A stretch of 32,000 nucleotides of DNA from Prevotella phage Lak-C1. The stretch is taken from the sequence record MK250029.1; one strand, 5' to 3'. A model generated the notes under the pieces. It did no database searches. It worked only from the letters and a program-made list of their open reading frames with translations, and was not told the origin of the DNA. Below, piece by piece: positions 24,786 to 32,000 of the stretch (its first letter is position 1; every line of letters starts with the position of its first letter). The translations under genes and the position numbers were made by a program.

Positions 24786-25184
24786 ATGAATTATTTTACT
24801 CATACAGTAGATGATAATATTTGTAAGTGGTTACTTGATAATAAGTTTCCACTTACAACGTGTATACGAAATGATCATGATGAATCATTATATTATACAT
24901 TGCCATATGAAGATTCTGATGGATGGCAATATTGTGATGCATATTATAAACCTACATATTTTGATGTAAAAGAATGGTTATATAAAGAACATAATATACT
25001 TATTAATTCGAATATTTATACTGATAGATTTTCTGTACAAATTAGATATAAATCAAAATCAGATAAGTATTTTGGAAATTGTTGGGAAATTGGTTATGGT
25101 TGTAAAACATTTGAAGATTGTTTAAAATCTGCAATTGAATATATTATTGAAAATAATATACTGAACGAAAAGAGTACAGAATAA
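24786..25184 (+). CDS. Hypothetical protein, 132 aa
   Basis: Intact track ORF MNYFTHTVDDNICKWLLDNKFPLTTCIRND..., no TAG. Confidence 0.75.
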   Translation: MNYFTHTVDDNICKWLLDNKFPLTTCIRNDHDESLYYTLPYEDSDGWQYCDAYYKPTYFDVKEWLYKEHNILINSNIYTDRFSVQIRYKSKSDKYFGNCWEIGYGCKTFEDCLKSAIEYIIENNILNEKSTE

Positions 25185-25189
25185 TTTAA

Positions 25190-25732
25190 TTATGTTAATG
25201 GATGAAATATTTCTTTTTGTTCTTTAATATATTTTTTTGCTTCAGGTAGATTATCAAATAAAATATCATTTTCATCTGGTTGACAGTAAACCATATTTCC
25301 ATCATCTTCTATAATATAGATAATACCGAATGTATCTTGCATTGATGTTGGTTCAATTGGTTTACTGAATATGATTTTTCTTATTTGATTATCTACAATT
25401 ACATAGTAAATATTTGCATTTGCATCTATATTACTAGTCCATTTACCGATATAATTTATTTTATCATCATATGATGATAATTCATTATTCATGACATTAT
25501 CACCAAAAAATGAAGCTAAGTAATTATTATTTGCATTTACTTTATCTATGTTATCTCTAATAAGTCCATCAGATGTTAAATTAATTTGTGATTTATTATC
25601 ATCTGGATAAAAATATCCACCTATTATAATATCATCAAATTCATCATTATCTTCTTTTGGATTTAACAACATATCAGATAAGTTATTTAACTGAGGAATA
25701 TATTTATGTAATAATTTATAGGTATATTTCAT
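25190..25732 (-). CDS. Hypothetical protein, 180 aa
   Basis: Intact track ORF MKYTYKLLHKYIPQLNNLSDMLLNPK..., no TAG, convergent with the preceding gene. Confidence 0.75.
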   Translation of the reverse strand: MKYTYKLLHKYIPQLNNLSDMLLNPKEDNDEFDDIIIGGYFYPDDNKSQINLTSDGLIRDNIDKVNANNNYLASFFGDNVMNNELSSYDDKINYIGKWTSNIDANANIYYVIVDNQIRKIIFSKPIEPTSMQDTFGIIYIIEDDGNMVYCQPDENDILFDNLPEAKKYIKEQKEIFHPLT

Positions 25733-25770
25733 TTAATTTATTATATATAAACTTTAAAATATTTATTTAT

Positions 25771-26100
25771 ATGATTATAACATATACAGCATTTGATGGA
25801 AAGGTATTTAATGATCAAAAGGAATGTGAAGACTATGAATATAAATTAAAACTTTTAGGAGTTGCATATTCAGAATTCAGTAAATTTCTTGATAAAATTC
25901 CAGAAGATTATAATGATAATCTTTGGATATGTAAAGAAAAATTAGAAATTAATGATGCATGTGGACAAGAACTTCCTACAATTGGAGATACTATAAAGGT
26001 TTTAACAAAAGATGATTTATCACATATGAGAGTAATTAAGACTCTGCTTAAAAATTTTAAATTGGATGATAATGGAAACAACTAGAAATGTTATAGATAA
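25771..26100 (+). CDS. Hypothetical protein, about 109 aa
   Basis: ATG at 25771 (MIITYTAFDGKVFNDQKECEDYEYKLK...). Reads through the terminal TAG (26083) to TAA at 26098, adding QKCYR. Confidence 0.65.
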
Positions 26101-26620
26101 AATTAAATATCTATATAAAAGGTTATATAAAGCCGAATTATTTTCTTCATCGTTAGCAGTTCGTATGAATGAGCGTGATGACTTTTATGAATATTCTAGA
26201 CAACATCAACCAGCGTTTAAGATAGCTATGATGGAATTACTTAGTCATCCAGATGAAATGAATGCTCGTATTCCTTTTTACTGTTGTTATATATTACGTG
26301 AAAATGATTTTCTTAAATTATATGAAAATAAAAAGGATAAATTACCTTTAAATGAAGATTATGAATGGGATGAATGTAATTTATGGTTGAATCATTTTAA
26401 ATCAACAAAAAATATAGATTACTACAAAGATTACAAAGAATATAAAAGATATTTAAATTTGAATTTTAAACCATTTAATCTATTTACTGGTAAAGATCCA
26501 AATCCTACATATGAAGAATATATCAGAAAAAGAGATTCTATCGATTCAATAAATAAATTTGTAACTAAATTAATAAAAGATAATAATATAAAGATAACAT
26601 GGAAGTACGAGACGAAGTAA
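26066..26620 (+). CDS. Hypothetical protein, 184 aa
   Basis: Intact track ORF MIMETTRNVIDKIKYLYKRLYKAELFSSSL..., overlaps the end of the previous gene. Confidence 0.75.
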   Translation: MIMETTRNVIDKIKYLYKRLYKAELFSSSLAVRMNERDDFYEYSRQHQPAFKIAMMELLSHPDEMNARIPFYCCYILRENDFLKLYENKKDKLPLNEDYEWDECNLWLNHFKSTKNIDYYKDYKEYKRYLNLNFKPFNLFTGKDPNPTYEEYIRKRDSIDSINKFVTKLIKDNNIKITWKYETK

Positions 26621-26940
26621 AAAAGCGTATGGAAGAATCGTTAAAAGGATGTAAGATTATAGATAAACAAGAAACACCTAAAACTACAATACTTCCAGAT
26701 CTTTCAGATCCTGCTGAATATAAAAGATGGTTTAATATGGGTCAAAAAGAAGCAATGGTAAATCTACAGAAATATGTTGATTTAAACAAGAAAAATAATA
26801 TTAACTTTGAAACAGAGTTTAACTATCTTTATACGAATGGTGGAATTTGCGGATGGAATAAAATACCATATAAAACATTTTATAATATTATATATGGTAA
26901 ACAGCGTGTTGATTTTAATGGTAATTTAACAGGTAATTAA
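26599..26940 (+). CDS. Hypothetical protein, 113 aa
   Basis: Intact track ORF MEVRDEVKKRMEESLKGCKIIDKQETPKTTILPDLSDPAEYKRWFNMG.... Confidence 0.75.
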   Translation: MEVRDEVKKRMEESLKGCKIIDKQETPKTTILPDLSDPAEYKRWFNMGQKEAMVNLQKYVDLNKKNNINFETEFNYLYTNGGICGWNKIPYKTFYNIIYGKQRVDFNGNLTGN

Positions 26941-26943
26941 AAC

Positions 26944-27090
26944 ATGAATGTAGAACGAGCATTATTAAAATTAAATAAATTAAAATCTGAAATGGAATTA
27001 GAATGCTTTTATAACACCAATGTTGAATATAAAGCAAAACCATGGTTAGAATTGGTGGAAGATATTATAGCATTCTTAGATGGTAAATAA
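26944..27090 (+). CDS. Small hypothetical protein, 48 aa
   Basis: MNVERALLKLNKLKSEMELECFYNTNVEYKAKPWLELVEDIIAFLDGK. Starts 3 nt after the previous stop. Confidence 0.5.
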   Translation: MNVERALLKLNKLKSEMELECFYNTNVEYKAKPWLELVEDIIAFLDGK

Positions 27091-27105
27091 AATTTATATA
27101 AAGTT

Positions 27106-27459
27106 ATGTCATATAATTTAATACCAAAATATTATACATTATATCCTGAGTGTTCGAGTTCAACTTATTTATATTTTCATGATGAACCTTATGCATATTG
27201 GTTAGAGAATAGTGAGTATAAAGTTTATGAATGGGTTTTATTTAAAGAATACAATGATTATAAATCTGTATGTCATCCAAATGATTGTATATCTGCAATA
27301 AGTTATAATGATCTTATTGATTCATTTAAAACATATTCATTTTATGAGAATATGGATCGTGAAAAGATGTGCAGAACATTTAGACAAAGATCATTAGAAA
27401 CAGAATTTGGACCTGAATCTGAACCTTATTGGGATTTTGAAGATTTTGTTGATGAATAA
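27106..27459 (+). CDS. Hypothetical protein, 117 aa
   Basis: Intact track ORF MSYNLIPKYYTLYPECSSSTYLYFHDEPYAYW..., no TAG. Confidence 0.7.
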   Translation: MSYNLIPKYYTLYPECSSSTYLYFHDEPYAYWLENSEYKVYEWVLFKEYNDYKSVCHPNDCISAISYNDLIDSFKTYSFYENMDREKMCRTFRQRSLETEFGPESEPYWDFEDFVDE

Positions 27460-27483
27460 TATATTTTATTTTTAAATAAGAAA

Positions 27484-27513
27484 ATGGGAGATGAAATTCA
27501 TTTCATCTCCCAT
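27484..27513. terminator. Bidirectional intrinsic terminator between convergent genes
   Basis: Perfect 13-bp inverted repeat ATGGGAGATGAAA / TTTCATCTCCCAT, 4-nt loop, flanked by A/T-rich runs. Confidence 0.85.
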
Positions 27514-27529
27514 ATATTTTATAAATATT

Positions 27530-28495
27530 TTATTCTCCCTGTGGAACTTCTAAAGCTAAGAAACCTAAGACAAAAAATCTATTATCCTTAATGTCTATGT
27601 TGATGATACCAGTATTGAGATCGACAGAGTACTCACAGTCATTCTAGTAATGACCTCTACTACTACAATAATTGTAGTACTCACTAAAACCACTACCTTT
27701 TATAGCTTTACGTTTTTCGTCTATAGCTTTTTTATTTGCATGAATCTAATATAATTCACCAGGCAAAGGTAAATACCAATCACCTGGTTTAGTACCAAGT
27801 GTTGAATATGCTACGCAACAACATGCAGCAGGAGAGTAACCAGTACCTGAATTATTTGTTACACCATCACATATATGTTTATCTTGATTTGTAGCTTTAG
27901 ATAAACATTGTTGTGTATCCCACTTACCTCCTATATATGATGTCTTACCAGTTCCTCCTTTTACATTACCTATTCTAGTATCATTATTACCAAAATACAT
28001 ATCTTGTGTATTATCAGAACCTGTTGCAGGTTTATTATAATTCATATAATTTAAAGACACAAATTTAGCTGTTTTAACAGCACCTATTGAATCATCACCA
28101 TTTTTGAAGTTTTCCATAACCTCAGGAATTACACAAATAGCAATAGGTGTATTATCAACGCTATTCGTCTATGCATCAAGTGTTAACTTACCATCTTTAG
28201 TTGAATAAAGAACATCTGCAACAGCAGGTTTCTTTTTACTAGATGAAGCATCCAATTTAACCGGAGACATATTTACTGAACTCAACATCAAACAATTAGG
28301 TCCTGGATGTCTCTAATCTATAAAAGACATAGATGCTGAATTATTAGATTTATATAAATAAGTAAATTCATCTTTATGATGAATCTATAAAGCAGCTTCA
28401 TTCATTAGTTCATCAGTTGCAAACTATTTAATGAATTTCATAAATAATATATATTTTTTATTATATTTATACGTCTATTCATTAAAAACTTGCAT
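27530..28495 (-). CDS. Putative surface / receptor-binding protein with a C-terminal DUF1566 / lectin-like domain, about 321 aa
   Basis: ATG at 28493-28495 (alternative in-frame ATG at 28505-28507), TAA at 27530. The C-terminus TKPGDWYLPLPGELYQI...GSGFSEYYNYCSSRGHYQNDCEYSVDLNTGIINIDIKDNRFFVLGFLAL matches the YWSSTEY...-type layout of DUF1566 / Fib_succ_major-like domains. Contains TAG codons. Confidence 0.6.
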
Positions 28496-28693
28496 CTTAA
28501 TAAACATAACTCTAATTCTTATAAATAAAATACTATTTTATTAAAGCTCAATAATTTCAATAAAATTCTATTAAAATAACTAAAATTTTATTAGTTTTTT
28601 AATATAATTTTGATAATATTTTTCAACCAGTATATAGTATCTGTGATTAATTATTTTATACTAATTATGAATTATTTATAATTTTTTCTAGTT

Positions 28694-29066
28694 TTATACT
28701 ATACGTTTTACAGATTTTTTATCAGGCTTTATATATTCTCTATGTGGTCCATCTTCTAACGTATAACAATCAAGAAACCAATCTTTTAATTTTATTATTT
28801 TTTCCAATTGTTGTTGTGTCGGACGCCATATATTTTGTCTAACTTTAAATCTATAAGGACCTAACTGAATCCGTACTCCTGGTATTTTAATTTTATCTGA
28901 AAACCTACCTACAGAAAAATAAAAATTAGGTAAAATTTTATTAGTAATACCTTCAAATGACATATACGGTAAAATTTTTTCTGGAGACCAAACGTCTATA
29001 TCAACATCTAATTTAATACAATTAGAAGGCAATCCAACAAAATTTATTTTTACTTTTCCATCTAAT
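28694..29066 (-). pseudogene. Partial duplicate of an internal domain of the adjacent 644-aa gene
   Basis: LDGKVKINFVGLPSNC...PYMSFEGIT...IQLGPYRFKVRQNIWRPTQQQLEKIIKLKDWFLDCYTLEDGPHREYIKPD parallels LDGKVKINFVGFPSNC...PYMSFEGIT...IQLGPYKFEANCRRWKPTKPQWKTILTSKDWFLDCYSSKDGPHREYVEPD in 29070-31004. No ATG at the 5' end, only a TTG. Confidence 0.6.
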
Positions 29067-29069
29067 GTA

Positions 29070-31004
29070 TTATAAATTATTCATAATTTTTTCTACTTCT
29101 GCTCTTTTCTTTGCAGATACAATCCAACCCGGTGTTTTAACACCATTTATATTTAAGAATTTATTATATCGACAACCAATTTCTTTTAACTTATCTTTAA
29201 TAGGAAGAATATCTTTATAATCGCCATATATAGCAATTGCTCTATCTGAATAATCATAAATCTTTACCTTACTATTATTTGTTACTTCAGTTCCCTTATT
29301 ATTTTCAGAATTAACTTCTGTATTATTTGTTGTAGTAATATCTGATTTACGTGGTCTTCCTCTACGTTTCTTTACCGGTTGACTTTCATCATTATTTGTT
29401 TCATCTGATGTCTGTTTAACAACATTATTTTCTTTTACTTTATTTCTTAATTCTTTCCTTAATTGTTTAGCTTCTTCTTTTCGTTGTTCAACAATTTTAG
29501 CTCTACGTTCTTCAACAGGTTTAACAATTACATCTCGTAAAGTTTCCGTACCACCTTTTTCAAGTTTAAATGATGTATGATCTAACCATTTACAGAATGC
29601 TTCATATGTTCTATGTCCATCTGTAATAGAAAGACGTTTCATAAGAGTATATGAAATAAATCTATCACCTAATGATTTTATACGTATTACCCAGTTATTA
29701 CCAAAATATGTTGCACCAGCTTTTAAATATTTGATACAGTTTTCTTTCATTAATTCTGCATCCTCCTTCTTATCTTCTGTATGTTTATTTACAGAATCAA
29801 TTTTTGCTTTTTCTTTTATAAAAGCTTCTTGTGCTTCTTTATTATCTGGTTCTACATATTCTCTATGTGGTCCATCCTTTGAACTATAGCAATCAAGGAA
29901 CCAATCTTTCGATGTCAATATTGTTTTCCATTGTGGTTTTGTTGGTTTCCATCGTCTGCAATTAGCCTCAAATTTATAAGGACCTAACTGAATCATTATT
30001 CCATAATTTTTACCAGGGAATCCACCTGCTTCAAAATTAAATTTAGATAAATTCTCCATAGTAATACCTTCAAATGACATATAAGGCAAAACTCTCCAAG
30101 GCATTTGTCTGATTCGTGCTGTTAATTCTGAACAGTTAGAAGGAAAACCAACAAAATTTATTTTAACTTTTCCGTCTAATGGTTGATATGGTTGATTAAC
30201 AGTTCTTTCATCATTAAATTCTAATTGAGCTCTATATGTTCCATTAGGTAAACCTGTAAGATTTCCTGTTTTTGGTAACCCTTTATATGAATAAACATCA
30301 TTTCTGAATGATGTATTTATTTTCTTAATAAATGAATAATCATTCATATTATAACATTCCATTAAACTTATTGAATCAGTTGATTCAATATCAACAGTTT
30401 CATTATCAATCCAACATCTTAATAAATTAATACTAACATCACCTTTATAATAATAGTTATGTTCATCAAATACAGTAGAATATAATTTCTCTTCCTTAAT
30501 ATCATCACCATTAACATAAAAGTTTTTTGGATAAACGCCCTTTAAACCGGCACTAATAAAATTGATATTTTTTAAGTCTATTATATTATTAATTGCATCT
30601 GAATCTTTTGCGTTTACATATCTTCCAACTTCTAGATTATATCTAAGCAATACATTACTGATACTGAATTCATTAAGTTCATCAATAAATTTCTGCGCAT
30701 CATTTAAACGTCTAAAAGATACATGTGTTAAATAAACTTTTGGTTCTTCTGGTTTTTTTGTTTCATAATAAAATGCTACTGTAGATCCTTCTACTTCTGA
30801 ATGAACTTTTTTATCTACTGCATTTTTAATATCAATATAGCTATTACTGAAGGTTTGCTCTGTTAAATACGATTCACAATATGTTAACATATTTTTCGTT
30901 ATCTTACCTGCAAGATCAGATGATAAGTCATCTCGGTTATCTACAATATCCTCAAAATCATCATCAAATAAACTTTCAATCAAACGTTTTACACATTTAT
31001 TCAT
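29070..31004 (-). CDS. Multidomain protein, 644 aa, with an AT-hook-like motif and a C-terminal module common in Bacteroidota proteins
   Basis: Intact ORF without TAG. ESQPVKKRRGRPRKSD (AT-hook-like) and a C-terminus KIYDYSDRAIAIYGDYKDILPIKDKLKEIGCRYNKFLNINGVKTPGWIVSAKKRAEVEKIM. Confidence 0.8.
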   Translation of the reverse strand: MNKCVKRLIESLFDDDFEDIVDNRDDLSSDLAGKITKNMLTYCESYLTEQTFSNSYIDIKNAVDKKVHSEVEGSTVAFYYETKKPEEPKVYLTHVSFRRLNDAQKFIDELNEFSISNVLLRYNLEVGRYVNAKDSDAINNIIDLKNINFISAGLKGVYPKNFYVNGDDIKEEKLYSTVFDEHNYYYKGDVSINLLRCWIDNETVDIESTDSISLMECYNMNDYSFIKKINTSFRNDVYSYKGLPKTGNLTGLPNGTYRAQLEFNDERTVNQPYQPLDGKVKINFVGFPSNCSELTARIRQMPWRVLPYMSFEGITMENLSKFNFEAGGFPGKNYGIMIQLGPYKFEANCRRWKPTKPQWKTILTSKDWFLDCYSSKDGPHREYVEPDNKEAQEAFIKEKAKIDSVNKHTEDKKEDAELMKENCIKYLKAGATYFGNNWVIRIKSLGDRFISYTLMKRLSITDGHRTYEAFCKWLDHTSFKLEKGGTETLRDVIVKPVEERRAKIVEQRKEEAKQLRKELRNKVKENNVVKQTSDETNNDESQPVKKRRGRPRKSDITTTNNTEVNSENNKGTEVTNNSKVKIYDYSDRAIAIYGDYKDILPIKDKLKEIGCRYNKFLNINGVKTPGWIVSAKKRAEVEKIMNNL

Positions 31005-31045
31005 ATTTTATAATTAAAAATTAACTTTTATTATTTATTAAAAAG

Positions 31046-31080
31046 AAAAGGTACAAGTTATATTATCTAACTGTACCTTT
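31046..31080 (-). terminator. Intrinsic terminator overlapping the 3' end of the last gene
   Basis: AAAAGGTACA-A-GTTA ... TAAC-TGTACCTTTT stem with a bulged A, followed on the minus strand by C plus a T-run. The stop codon at 31063-31065 lies in the loop. Confidence 0.75.
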
Positions 31081-32000
31081 TCCGAAAGCTTTATTAATAT
31101 CTCGCTTAATTTCTATTATCGTATTCTTTATATATGTTTTATCATAATCCAATATATAATCTTTAAATCTACTACCATTATACTTATATCCTTTAAGTTC
31201 ATGAAATAACTATAATACACGTCTTAAACAATCTGTATATGTATTATTTTCTATTTTATATACATCTAATACATCATATATTTTTTGTTTTATATCATTA
31301 AACTATTTCTTTAATACATAAAAATCTCCTTCTGTATTATGGATTAACCTGTTAATACCTTTTGATGTATATCCTGTAGATATAAGTAATGCTCTATCTA
31401 CTAATGTATTATATTTGTTAAATGGTGTTCTTATTTTTAGATTTAAGACTGTATTGAAATTCGTATCTGATTTTTGTCCAAGTTTTTTAAAGGTACCATC
31501 TTTATTAAATTCACAATCAATTGCAATAGGTGCAGGCATAACATATGTTTTAAAATATTCAGCTTCACCTGTTTCTGAATTACAGAAATAAAAGAAAAAT
31601 ACAGTAGTAATATTTCGAAGACATGTTTGACATTTATTTTCTTTTATTTCCAACTATCGCATATCATTTAAAATCTAATCAATACCTTTCATTGCATTAT
31701 TAACTTTACCCTTAAATGTATTATCATCAAAGAAACTACATAAAACTGATTTAACTTCTATATATGTTTCATCTCCATTTGGATATGTTAATTTAATATC
31801 TGGACATTCATTCCTACCATTTGGTTCATGTTCAATTTTATAACCATCGGTTTCTGAAAATATTCTATGTACAATATATTCTGATGTATCATGACATAAA
31901 GTCATAAGCATTGAATCTTTATATAACAGTTTATTTTCATATGACATAAACTATGTTAATGAGCCATTAAATGTAATATCTTCAGTATCTTTATAGATTT
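31063..32000 (-). CDS. Putative PD-(D/E)XK-fold nuclease-like protein (partial, runs off the right edge)
   Basis: Track ORFs 31303-31653 and 31675-31947 are in one frame, joined by TAG=Q, and the frame stays open to the window edge (IYKDTEDITFNGSLTQFMSYENK...). CPDIKLTYPNGDETYIEVKSV matches the PD...(E)xK active-site spacing. Confidence 0.6.

Noticed and set aside
29066-29075. Programmed frameshift joining the 644-aa protein to the duplicated fragment
   Set aside because: No clear slippery heptamer for a +1 shift. Partial tandem duplication explains the arrangement more simply. Kept only as something to test.

Overview
This AT-rich window looks like part of a large tailed-phage genome, probably from a Bacteroidota host, that reassigns TAG to glutamine (genetic code 15). 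Under the standard code, many genes are cut into short ORFs by in-frame TAG (CTA on the + strand). Reading TAG as Q gives long continuous genes that end in TAA or TGA. The recovered architecture is: a minus-strand virion module (1-6917), including a protein with nineteen 14-residue tandem repeats; a plus-strand virion module (7008-13880); a minus-strand block (13980-19723) with a SET-like protein and two large proteins; and a plus-strand accessory block (19807-25184) with a D12-class adenine methylase, a HExxH protein, a mini-intein in an almost absent host gene, and a CCA-adding enzyme. After that come small hypothetical genes, a lectin-like possible receptor-binding protein, a duplicated-domain fragment, an AT-hook protein and a PD-(D/E)XK-like nuclease running off the window edge. 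In-frame TAG is frequent in virion-type genes and absent from most accessory genes. No tRNA, rRNA, CRISPR array, integrase or transposase was identified. Similarity calls are by eye; no database was searched. Coordinates come from the ORF track plus manual extension through TAG.
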